The notes: generated by a model from the letters alone, not told the origin. Numbered from the stretch's first letter, positions 7,122-15,251 are shown. The stretch: 15,941 bases of DNA from Chitinivibrionales bacterium (GCA_014729375.1 WJKA01000260.1:1-15941), one strand, 5' to 3'. A program made the numbers and translations.

Positions 7122-8360
7122 ATGCTCTATTTGCTTAAACTTGCTTTTCGAAATCTCCTGCGCAACACCCGTCGATCATTGCTTGCAGTATTATCGGTAA
7201 TGCTTTCGATTATGTTCATAGTATTTATGCAGGGCATGCTGGGCGGATTTATGGGCTCACTGGTACGGAATTACACCCGCAATGAGACAGGGCATATCCG
7301 GATAGCAACCCGGGATTTTGTCGACAAGGTCCGCTTTTACCCGGTTACCGAAAATATCGAAAACCCGGACTCGCTGATTGCCGGGATCAAGGATGATCCC
7401 GACATTGCGAAGCATATCGATATTATAACCAAACGGATCTATTTCGGTGTGCTTCTGAACAACAGGGGAAACAATAAAAACGCGGTTGCGCTTGCCGGAG
7501 ATCCTGCAACCGAAAAAGACCTGCTGCTGCTTCATAAGTCAATCCTTCCGGGCGGGCGCTATATCAGAAACGAACGCGAAACTATTATCGGTGCCGGTCT
7601 GGCTGAAGCGCTTGATTTCAAGGTAGGAGATACGGTTAAAGTGATGGCCCAGGGAGGCGATTACGCACTTCACTTGCGGAAGTTTGCAGTAGTGGGCATA
7701 TTCGAGTCGGGGCTGAAAGACATGGACGAACGGATATTTCAGATACCGCTCTCCGACGCCGAAAAACTGCTTCGCATGAAAGACGAAACACAGCAGATAA
7801 TACTCATGCTCGACAATTACCATCGCGCAGAACAGGTCGCATCCGCAATTGAGCAAAAGATCGGGACACCAGAGCTTTCGATTCAGCCGTGGCGGGAAGC
7901 CGGAATATACGGCAATTATGTAACGTTGGCCGCAAAAATGTACAACATTATCTACTTCGTAATTGCACTCCTTGGAGCGTTTATCATCGGTAACATAATG
8001 ATGATGGTGGTGCTGGAGCGGCGCCGTGAGATCGGCGTGCTCAAATCAATGGGGCTTTCGCGGATAAAAATCCTGTTTCTTTTCATATCGGAAGGTATTA
8101 TTCTGGGGCTTGCCGGGAGTCTTGCAGGCGTAGCCGGAGGAAGTCTTGTGTCGTGGTATTTTCATATTTTCGGCCTTGATTTCAGTAAAGCGCTGAGCTC
8201 GGTGAATATGCCGATGGACAGTGTGGTCTATACCACAATTGACACGGGGGGATTGGCAGTTGCCGTTGTACTGGGAACCCTCGTATCCGGCCTGGTATCG
8301 ATTATTCCCTCCTGGCAGGCCGCGCGTATGAATGCTGTGAATGCAATAAAAAGCGTATGA
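7122..8360 (+). CDS. Second FtsX/LolC-E-type ABC permease
   Basis: N-terminus LAFRNLLRNTRRSLLAVLSVMLSI with the same architecture. RBS AAGGAAAA precedes the start. It is paralogous to the upstream permease, giving a hetero-permease arrangement as in LolCDE. Confidence 0.9.
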   Translation: MLYLLKLAFRNLLRNTRRSLLAVLSVMLSIMFIVFMQGMLGGFMGSLVRNYTRNETGHIRIATRDFVDKVRFYPVTENIENPDSLIAGIKDDPDIAKHIDIITKRIYFGVLLNNRGNNKNAVALAGDPATEKDLLLLHKSILPGGRYIRNERETIIGAGLAEALDFKVGDTVKVMAQGGDYALHLRKFAVVGIFESGLKDMDERIFQIPLSDAEKLLRMKDETQQIILMLDNYHRAEQVASAIEQKIGTPELSIQPWREAGIYGNYVTLAAKMYNIIYFVIALLGAFIIGNIMMMVVLERRREIGVLKSMGLSRIKILFLFISEGIILGLAGSLAGVAGGSLVSWYFHIFGLDFSKALSSVNMPMDSVVYTTIDTGGLAVAVVLGTLVSGLVSIIPSWQAARMNAVNAIKSV

Positions 8361-8394
8361 TATAGAATTGAAAAACTGTCCTGAGGAGGTTACT

Positions 8395-9129
8395 ATGAAA
8401 ATCACAATTTTGCTTGCTGTCTTGTGCACTGCCGCGACCCTGTATGCTCTTACCGGAGAGGAAATTCTCGAAAAAATGGATAAAAACCGCGATCACAAGA
8501 CAATTATCTATGAAGGCACGATGGAAATCCATATCGATGACGAAGTCCGCACGAAAAAGATGTCGGCGCGGGCAATGAGCAATGATAAAGACAGGGCTGT
8601 GGTGGAATTTATCAATCCTGAAGATGACGGCACCAAATATCTCATGATCGGCGATAATCTCTGGATTTACTTTCCCGGTGAAGAAGATGTTGTCAAGATA
8701 TCGGGCCACATGCTCAAGGAGGGTATGATGGGCTCTGATGTCTCGTATGAAGATGCGCTGGAATCGGATGAGCTGTCGGACACCTATGAAATCCGGCTTA
8801 TCGGTGAAGAAAAAATCGGTGAGTATGACTGCTATGTCATCGAGCTGAATGCAAGAGTCAGGAATGCCCCCTATTTCAAGAGAAAAATGTGGGTGGCCAA
8901 ATCCAATTTTGTGCAAATCAAAGAAGAAATGTATGCAAAAAGCGGCAAACTGCTTAAAACGGCAAATACCCTGGAGATACAAACAATAGGTAACCGGGAT
9001 TTTGCAGTCAAAGTGGAAATGGTGAACAAGCTGCGCAAGAACAGCAGGACTGTTTTTACCATGAAAGATATTACATTTGATAAACCGCTTGATGAATCCG
9101 TTTTCTCGATGCGGTATCTGCGGAGGTGA
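8395..9129 (+). CDS. Secreted LolA-like (outer-membrane lipoprotein-sorting protein family) periplasmic protein
   Basis: Start chosen at ATG 8395 (MKITILLAVLCTAATLYA, an SPI signal peptide) because GAGGAGG lies 5 nt upstream; the track ORF starts 9 codons earlier. The size (~245 aa) and a beta-rich pattern with conserved-looking D/W motifs resemble the LolA-like DUF often found next to FtsX permeases. The assignment is by context and composition, not a hard motif. Confidence 0.6.
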   Translation: MKITILLAVLCTAATLYALTGEEILEKMDKNRDHKTIIYEGTMEIHIDDEVRTKKMSARAMSNDKDRAVVEFINPEDDGTKYLMIGDNLWIYFPGEEDVVKISGHMLKEGMMGSDVSYEDALESDELSDTYEIRLIGEEKIGEYDCYVIELNARVRNAPYFKRKMWVAKSNFVQIKEEMYAKSGKLLKTANTLEIQTIGNRDFAVKVEMVNKLRKNSRTVFTMKDITFDKPLDESVFSMRYLRR

Positions 9130-9202
9130 TGCCGGATACCGGCTACTGGATACACCGGATGGTGAATGGTGGAGCAGGGCAATACACTGCTTTTTGTGTT
9201 GG

Positions 9203-9223
9203 GCATGGCCTTCCAGGCCATGC
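9203..9223 (+). other. Perfect 9-bp stem / 3-nt loop hairpin (GCATGGCCT-tcc-AGGCCATGC) in the LolA-like/OMP intergenic region
   Basis: Seen directly. It is preceded by CTTTTTG and not followed by a clean T-tract. It may be a partial terminator or attenuator, or a processing site. Confidence 0.4.
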
Positions 9224-9313
9224 GTAATAATACAGGATTTTGAATGGAGCTTATAATTTTTTTCCCATAATATTGAGCATTGACCGATGATCACTGAACG
9301 CTGAGTTTCTGAA

Positions 9314-10432
9314 ATGATTTCACTGCGAAACACCCGCACCTTCCTGTTTGCTCTTACCATTATCTGCACAGCGTTTGCTGCAGACAATTCCGGCGGCCTG
9401 CGGCTCCACGGATCGATGTACTCGGACCTGGGTGTTGTGCAGGAATACGATGCGGATGATACGGATACATTCAAGTTTACCGGATTGACAAACCTCTCGC
9501 TCAATTTCAGGAACACCAACCGCAGATACGGAAAAATCGAAGGACTTCTCGATCTGTTCATGCCGTATGGCGTTGCCGCCGACCGGATATTTGAAACAAT
9601 CCCGGATGATGCATTTCCCGACAGCAGTGTCGATGAATTTGTCACGCTGTTCTCCGTACGCGGCTCGCCGCTGCTTCTTGATGTACGCAATTTGTACTTT
9701 TCATTTTATCTGCCGTTTGTCGACATTACAGTCGGTCGCCGGATCATCAATTTCGGCAAAGGGTCCATTTTTTCCCCTGTTGACATTTTTTCATCAGTTG
9801 ACCTTACCGACCTGAATTACCGCCGCTCAGGGAGCGATATTATCAGCCTTCGGTTCCCCTTCGGCTTGCTCTCCGGGTGCGATATTGTTGCGGGCCTTCC
9901 TCTTTTCGACGACTCCTATGCTGCGGCCGCTAAATTGTTTACAACTGTCAAAGGCTTCGATTTCAGCCTGGTCGGGCTCTATAAGAATGCCGGTACCTCG
10001 CCCGCGAAAAATACGCAAACAACTGCAGGGATCGCGTTTAAGGGAGATATCGAGATCGGCGCGTACGGTGAAGCAGTTGCTCATTATGATCATGACAGGG
10101 AAATGCTTTTTTTCGAAGCCATGGCCGGCGCGGATTACTCACTAAGGGAGCGCTGGATATTCACGGCGGAATACATGTACAAGGACCCCGGCTATGCCAG
10201 CGCGCTTCGGGGACAGCATAATGCATTTGGCTCGGTGCAATATGCTTTTAATGATATCATGAATATTTCCACCGGACTGATCGGCACGATTGATGACCGG
10301 CAGGCTGTCGGGATTGTCCGGTATTACTATAATATCCTGCAAAATGTCGACTGGACCGTTTATATTCAGGGCGTCGGCTCCAACGAAATTGCGCTTGTTA
10401 ACTATATGACACGCGTTGAAATAAAATTCTGA
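9314..10432 (+). CDS. Predicted outer-membrane beta-barrel protein (signal peptide, C-terminal ...VEIKF beta-signal)
   Basis: SPI signal MISLRNTRTFLFALTIICTAFA|ADN. The sequence shows alternating hydrophobic/polar beta-strand periodicity throughout and is rich in Y/G/D/N. It ends in the aromatic-terminated pattern V-E-I-K-F typical of BAM substrates. No family recognised. Confidence 0.6.
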   Translation: MISLRNTRTFLFALTIICTAFAADNSGGLRLHGSMYSDLGVVQEYDADDTDTFKFTGLTNLSLNFRNTNRRYGKIEGLLDLFMPYGVAADRIFETIPDDAFPDSSVDEFVTLFSVRGSPLLLDVRNLYFSFYLPFVDITVGRRIINFGKGSIFSPVDIFSSVDLTDLNYRRSGSDIISLRFPFGLLSGCDIVAGLPLFDDSYAAAAKLFTTVKGFDFSLVGLYKNAGTSPAKNTQTTAGIAFKGDIEIGAYGEAVAHYDHDREMLFFEAMAGADYSLRERWIFTAEYMYKDPGYASALRGQHNAFGSVQYAFNDIMNISTGLIGTIDDRQAVGIVRYYYNILQNVDWTVYIQGVGSNEIALVNYMTRVEIKF

Positions 10433-10900
10433 TCCGCGCCGCAAATAGCTGATTATCAGAATCATGCTTCTTTCCGCCAGTTTCTTTGAATTATTTTTGC
10501 AGAATCGACGCTTTTTTATTAGATTATATATAATCCTGCATTCCGCAGTTGAGTGTGGATGATACGTGTAAGATGTTGTGTGAGATCGAATTGTGAAAAA
10601 AGGAGTCCTACCCGGGGAGGTAAGGCGAGGCTTTTCGCAATTCAAGGTTGCGCAACAGCTTACGCCTAGCGCCGCAATTCAACTACGGAATTCAGGATAA
10701 TAATTCAGTAAAAGGAAGGTAGTTCCGGGTGCTGAACGCTCCGGCATAAAGTTGAGGGAGAAATCAGTTCAGTAAAAGGCTTTCTCCAGTAATTTCCTTT
10801 CCTTTTTTCATTATCAGTATGGCAGTTCAGTTATTCAGACTAAATGGCGGTCTGAATGTAACTCTCTGATTAAAAAACACTCACATTTCAAGGGGGGCCT

Positions 10901-13492
10901 ATGAAAAGCCTTATTGCTGTCCTTTTTTCTCTTTCAACAGCCTGGGCGGTGACATTGTATGTATCTCCAGACGGTGATGATTCAAATGACGGCTCCGAAT
11001 CGGGTCCGTTCAAAACATTGCATCATGCCCGGGACGCCATACGGAGCGCAGGAAGCGACGAAAAGATTGTCATTCTGAATGAAGGCAATTATTTCCTCGA
11101 TGAACCGCTCCGGTTTGATGAAAATGACAACGGCACCGAGCAGAACCCGGTAGTATGGAAGGGTGAAGACAACAAAGATGTTGCTGTTTACGGCGGCAGA
11201 AGGATTACCGGCTGGGAAGTGTATCAACAGGTTGAAGGCAAAATGCCGGGAGTACCTCATTACCCGCTCTCCGGCACAATATACCGGGCGCAACTGCCTG
11301 ATCAAAACTGGAAATTCTGGAACCTTGCCGAAAACGGGAAACGCTCGCCGCAGGCCCGGCACCCCAATCACCGGGACCCCCGTCCAAACGGGCATGGATG
11401 GGGCACGCTTCGTCATATCAATGCCGACGGCACACCGGCAAGCAGGACCAGCAATAATTTCAGATATGCCGAGGGATGGCTTCCGGACAACTGGGAATAC
11501 AGCAACGCCAGGATGATTTTCGGTCCCGGGTGGTTTACCGATGTGCGGCCGATAAGCAATGTCGACTATTCCGCCCGTATTATTACCATTTCACCGAGCA
11601 CCAATCCGACCGCTTCGTACTGGGTTGAAGGTGCAAAAGAGTTTATCGACCAGCCCGGCGAGTGGGCAATTTCCGATGACGGCTATGTGTATTACTGGCC
11701 GAAAAATACCCCGATCGATCAACAGGTCATTGTCGGTGGCACAATGACACGCGCAATCGAGTTTATCGGAAGCTCCCCTTCAAATCCTGTCAAGTATATT
11801 ACGCTCGAAAACCTGCTGATATCAACATCTAACTCGACTGATGAAGTCTATTCGAGCAAGACATCGCCGCAGTCACCCGCGGATGAAGACCACGAAAACA
11901 ATTGTGAAATCGATGAAATGCGTCTGGGCCTCGTCCATTTTGAGAATGCCGAATATTGCACAGTACGGTTCTGCAAAATATGGAATGCCGGCACCCAGGG
12001 CGTATGCATGAACTATCACGCACAGCATAATACGGTATATGGATGCTGGATAGAGGGAATCGGGCACCACGGCGTTTTCCTGACCAGCTACTGCTGCTCT
12101 TCGGGCCCGTGGGACAATATCAACAGCTTCAATACTGTCAAGAATAACTATATTCACGATTACGGCAAGCTGATGAGCGGCGTGGCCGGTGTAGGCCTCT
12201 ACCAGAGCGGTGATAATGAAATAACGTACAACGAAATCCGCCGCTGCGCGCGCTATGGCTTGTCGATGAAAGGCCAGCGGTCCGGCGTTTTCGGTGTTAC
12301 ATTGACGGAAGATATGCTTCTCTGCGACCGGAATGTCATGCAGTATAACGATATTTCCCATGTGCTCCATTCGACTGTTGACGGCGGCGCGTACGAGAGC
12401 TGGCATCCCAGCCAGGGAAACATTCTGAAAAACAATGTATTCCACGACCTGTATCACATAACGTGTGCAGGAAGGGGCGGTGACACCAACGAGGACCCTG
12501 CCGGATTCTGCGGTCTGTCGCAGCGACACTGCATGTACCCCGATGCCGGCCCGAATCCTGAAATCGATGACAATGCTGCGTATAACTGTGTCGACATGGT
12601 CAACTGGTATGTCGAGGGGTTCGGCCAGCCGCTCCCGTTCACCAGGTCGGCTGCAAAGCGGATCGCTTCAGGCAGGGGTTTTGACATTGAGGAAATCGGT
12701 CTGCTCTCCGATTTCCCCTGGCACACGCCCGGACAGGACAAAAACGAGTATGAATGGCCGGATGAAATCATCTGGGACCCCGACCTGATCGGCTATTTCG
12801 AAAGCCTGTTCATGAACGGCGACGGGCTTGATGCCGAATATTATTCATCAAGCTCTCTGTCCGGCACGCCGGTCGAAACAACAGTCGAACCCTATCCCGG
12901 TTTCGACTGGACATCGAATAAAAATGTCAGGTTGACAGGATGGGTTGTGCCGCTTTTTTCCGAAGAATACCGGTTCTGCGCAGACGCCACCGGTACGGTG
13001 CGAATCTGGATAGATGATCAGCAGGTGCTGACCGAATCCGCGCCGACCTATCAGAAAGTTCATTTCGGCGATTTTATCCAGCTCCAGGGAGGACAACCCT
13101 GCGCGATAAAAATCGAATCAATCGGTGGAAGCGAACTCAGTATCGACTGGTACAGCCGGACCCAGCCGATCCAGGTTATTCCCCAGTCGCAACTGTTCTC
13201 CGGCAATACTGCCCCCGACCCGGTCGGCGCCGTGAATAGCACGAGGAGCGTTACTCCGCCTTCACTGGGCGTTACTGTCGCAGGAAACCTTCTGTCAATT
13301 GCCGTGCCGGATAATACCGGCCCTGTCAGCATTACGCTGATCAGGCCAAACGGCTCGGCAGCACATACGACACACGGCCATGGTAATGATATGTACCGGA
13401 TCGATGCTTCACCATATGCATCCGGTGTTTACATGATGGCTGTCAGGGCGGGTAATGCAACCATGTTCCGCAAAGTGGTGCTGGGAAAATAG
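10901..13492 (+). CDS. Secreted multidomain protein: right-handed parallel beta-helix (pectate-lyase-like) domain + PA14 domain + T9SS C-terminal sorting domain
   Basis: Signal peptide MKSLIAVLFSLSTAWA. YVSPDGDDSNDGSESGPFKTLHHA is the typical N-terminal cap of beta-helix enzymes. Repeated N.xxHD/G beta-helix rungs follow (NNYIHDYG, CWIEGIGHHGVFL). PA14: DGLDAEYYSSSSL...WVVPLFSEEYRF...IWIDDQ. C-terminus ASGVYMMAVRAGNATMFRKVVLGK matches the T9SS CTD. RBS AAGGGGGG. Confidence 0.85.
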   Translation: MKSLIAVLFSLSTAWAVTLYVSPDGDDSNDGSESGPFKTLHHARDAIRSAGSDEKIVILNEGNYFLDEPLRFDENDNGTEQNPVVWKGEDNKDVAVYGGRRITGWEVYQQVEGKMPGVPHYPLSGTIYRAQLPDQNWKFWNLAENGKRSPQARHPNHRDPRPNGHGWGTLRHINADGTPASRTSNNFRYAEGWLPDNWEYSNARMIFGPGWFTDVRPISNVDYSARIITISPSTNPTASYWVEGAKEFIDQPGEWAISDDGYVYYWPKNTPIDQQVIVGGTMTRAIEFIGSSPSNPVKYITLENLLISTSNSTDEVYSSKTSPQSPADEDHENNCEIDEMRLGLVHFENAEYCTVRFCKIWNAGTQGVCMNYHAQHNTVYGCWIEGIGHHGVFLTSYCCSSGPWDNINSFNTVKNNYIHDYGKLMSGVAGVGLYQSGDNEITYNEIRRCARYGLSMKGQRSGVFGVTLTEDMLLCDRNVMQYNDISHVLHSTVDGGAYESWHPSQGNILKNNVFHDLYHITCAGRGGDTNEDPAGFCGLSQRHCMYPDAGPNPEIDDNAAYNCVDMVNWYVEGFGQPLPFTRSAAKRIASGRGFDIEEIGLLSDFPWHTPGQDKNEYEWPDEIIWDPDLIGYFESLFMNGDGLDAEYYSSSSLSGTPVETTVEPYPGFDWTSNKNVRLTGWVVPLFSEEYRFCADATGTVRIWIDDQQVLTESAPTYQKVHFGDFIQLQGGQPCAIKIESIGGSELSIDWYSRTQPIQVIPQSQLFSGNTAPDPVGAVNSTRSVTPPSLGVTVAGNLLSIAVPDNTGPVSITLIRPNGSAAHTTHGHGNDMYRIDASPYASGVYMMAVRAGNATMFRKVVLGK

Positions 13493-13847
13493 CGGCGGGT
13501 TTCCGGACAATGCAGCCGCTGAACCCGGGTGCAAACACGCGGCACGGCCCTGGAGGCCATGCCGTTTCCGGTCTGCGATTGAATTTGCCGGCAACAGCTT
13601 CGCCGGTACGTGGTCCCGGCGGATGAGTCAATGTGCAGCAGGCAGACACCGCATGCAATGTTGCCCAGCGGGACGCTCACCTCCCCTGCGCGATTCCGCC
13701 GGAGACGGGAATGTGGCGAAAAATAAACGGTGTGGTATCCGGCACGAACAAAGAGTCGTGGCCAATCAGACAAATCAGCACCGTTCAGCATACTTTCCCA
13801 CGCAACACCGTCCCGCGTAACTATCCGAAAAAAGAGGGGGGAAAACT

Positions 13848-13877
13848 ATGAAGAAAAAATGTTGGCTGAACAAATAA
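13848..13877 (+). other. 9-codon mini-ORF (MKKKCWLNK*) with near-perfect SD (AAGAGGGGGG, 6-nt spacer) immediately upstream of a terminator hairpin
   Basis: Seen directly: ATG 13848, stop TAA 13875-13877, hairpin at 13891-13914. It could be a leader peptide, a gene remnant or chance. Confidence 0.25.
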
Positions 13878-13885
13878 GTATTAGG

Positions 13886-13914
13886 AAAAAGCCCGGGACA
13901 TTCCCCTCCCGGGC
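13886..13914 (-). terminator. Rho-independent terminator for the minus-strand PA14 gene (also a possible weak bidirectional terminator)
   Basis: 8-bp GC stem GCCCGGGA/TCCCGGGC with an 8-nt loop. On the minus strand it is followed by TTTTT (plus-strand AAAAA 13886-13890). It lies 26 nt past the stop at 13940. Confidence 0.75.
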
Positions 13915-13939
13915 TTCTGAAAATCTTCACAATCAAATG

Positions 13940-15130
13940 CTACTTGACAGCAGATTCCTTGCGCAGGCGGGCCTTTTTCGAATCAGCCTTCTCTTCTTTT
14001 ATCAAATACTGGCCGCTTGCAGGATTTGTTGTAGTTGCTTTGCGCAAAACTTTGTCGTTGAGTCGCTGTCCTTTCATGTTATATATCGAGTTCTGAACAT
14101 CTTTCTGAAGGTTCAGCGGCGCTTTGGCCTGAAATCGCTGTTCCACGCCGGTCTCGCAGTACGCAGTATCAGGTCCGTATACATAAATAACATTGCATGA
14201 GCCCTCATAATCCTGCGATTTCCTGCCGTCATTGGTCTCAGCCCAGACAATATATTCAACAACTTCCTGTTCCTCACAAGTCACAAATGTTGTCTCATAT
14301 ACCGCCTCCATTGTACGGATATCCTCGCCGTCCGGCTGGCCGTTCTCCTCGAAAAAATCGTAGACATACCAGATTGTATCGGCAGGCTCAACACAGGGTT
14401 TCGGCGGATATTCAAACGAAAGAGTCAACGGTGTCGGCGGATAGTCGTCTCCGGGAGCACAATCAGGATTGATCCACTCTATCTCAAATGCACAAAAATC
14501 TTTTCTTTCGCCGAATGCACTGGCCGGAACAACAACCGAGTCGGTTGAACCGGGAGCTTTCCACCAGAGCTCCGCAATGGAGGTGCCTGTTTTTTCATAA
14601 AAATAAAACTTCAGGTCATGCTTTCCTGCAGTGAGGTTTACCGTTGCCTGATATTCCGATGCCGAAGGAACACCGTCAGTACCCAGCCCCGGATCCAGCG
14701 CTTCATCAATTGTGGTATACATAAAAACGGCTGAGGGATCATCACTGATTATTTCCCCGTCAATTTCAATAAACATGGCTTCGTCGGCCTTTATCGTAAA
14801 CACATAGTCGCCATCCGAGGGGACCAGAAATGAATCAGCGATACCTACGACAATATAGTTGTCGAATTTCCATTGCATCGGATTTGGCATCTTGTTGGCA
14901 AACACATTCGGCCCCGATTCACTGATTGAATCAATCCACTCGGTATCTGAAACAACCGATTCGGAAAGAATCGAATCATACGCCGCAGTTCTGTACCACA
15001 CTGAATCGCTTCCTTTGCCAAAAGCAGTTTCCAACTCATCGGTCCCCGCGACATAGAACTTGATGGAACCGTATGACGAAAACACCATTAAGGCCAGAAA
15101 AGGAATTATAAAACGCACCATCCGTTGCAT
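13940..15130 (-). CDS. Secreted PA14-domain protein with Cys-rich middle region and probable T9SS C-terminal sorting domain
   Basis: Start chosen at ATG 15130-15128 (MQRMVRFIIPFLALMVFSSYG signal peptide) with GAAGGAGG 6 nt upstream; the track begins at a TTG two codons earlier. PA14 motifs: DGDYVFTIKADEAMFIEIDGEII...GKHDLKFYFYEKTG...ELWWKAPG. C-terminus SIYNMKGQRL...ASGQYLIKEEK...KK resembles a T9SS CTD. Confidence 0.8.
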   Translation of the reverse strand: MQRMVRFIIPFLALMVFSSYGSIKFYVAGTDELETAFGKGSDSVWYRTAAYDSILSESVVSDTEWIDSISESGPNVFANKMPNPMQWKFDNYIVVGIADSFLVPSDGDYVFTIKADEAMFIEIDGEIISDDPSAVFMYTTIDEALDPGLGTDGVPSASEYQATVNLTAGKHDLKFYFYEKTGTSIAELWWKAPGSTDSVVVPASAFGERKDFCAFEIEWINPDCAPGDDYPPTPLTLSFEYPPKPCVEPADTIWYVYDFFEENGQPDGEDIRTMEAVYETTFVTCEEQEVVEYIVWAETNDGRKSQDYEGSCNVIYVYGPDTAYCETGVEQRFQAKAPLNLQKDVQNSIYNMKGQRLNDKVLRKATTTNPASGQYLIKEEKADSKKARLRKESAVK

Positions 15131-15222
15131 AAGCAACCTCCTTCGATGAAAAAATGTTATCTCCCGACTGTTTTTGCCACGTTTTTTTTGCTTCTCCCCA
15201 AAAAAAACAATCGTGCTTTAAA

Positions 15223-15251
15223 AATATATAATAGCGCCTGCTATGGTTCAA
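15223..15251 (-). promoter_or_regulatory. Candidate sigma70-like promoter (TTGAAC-17-TATATT on minus strand) for the PA14 gene
   Basis: Reverse complement of 15220-15251 reads TTGAAC catagcaggcgctatta TATATT. It lies about 90 nt upstream of the ATG at 15130 in an AT-rich region. Confidence 0.4.

Noticed and set aside
5182-8429. Minus-strand ORFs inside the ABC/permease genes (5182..5412, 5488..5757, 5794..6063, 6330..6884, 6598..7098, 7257..7535, 7539..7856, 8046..8429)
   Set aside because: They are antisense shadows of strongly supported ABC transporter genes, with compositionally biased peptides and no RBS.
8302-9690. 462-aa ORF on the minus strand spanning three plus-strand genes and two intergenic gaps
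   Set aside because: It is entirely antisense to well-supported genes (permease, LolA-like, OMP). The translation is F/H/R/I-rich low-complexity sequence typical of antisense read-through, with no motifs and no RBS. Its lack of stops across the 9130-9313 gap looks coincidental.
11163-13332. Multiple ORFs on both strands inside the 863-aa beta-helix gene (e.g. 11873..12529(-) at 218 aa)
   Set aside because: They are embedded in or antisense to a gene with clear signal peptide, beta-helix, PA14 and T9SS-CTD signatures. They arise because high GC reduces stop codons.
13429-13851. ORFs 13455..13820(+), 13429..13791(-), 13443..13658(-), 13633..13851(+) in the GC-rich island
   Set aside because: They overlap one another in several frames, give nonsense Arg/Pro/Ala/Cys-rich translations and have no RBS. 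I treat the region as non-coding (see finding).
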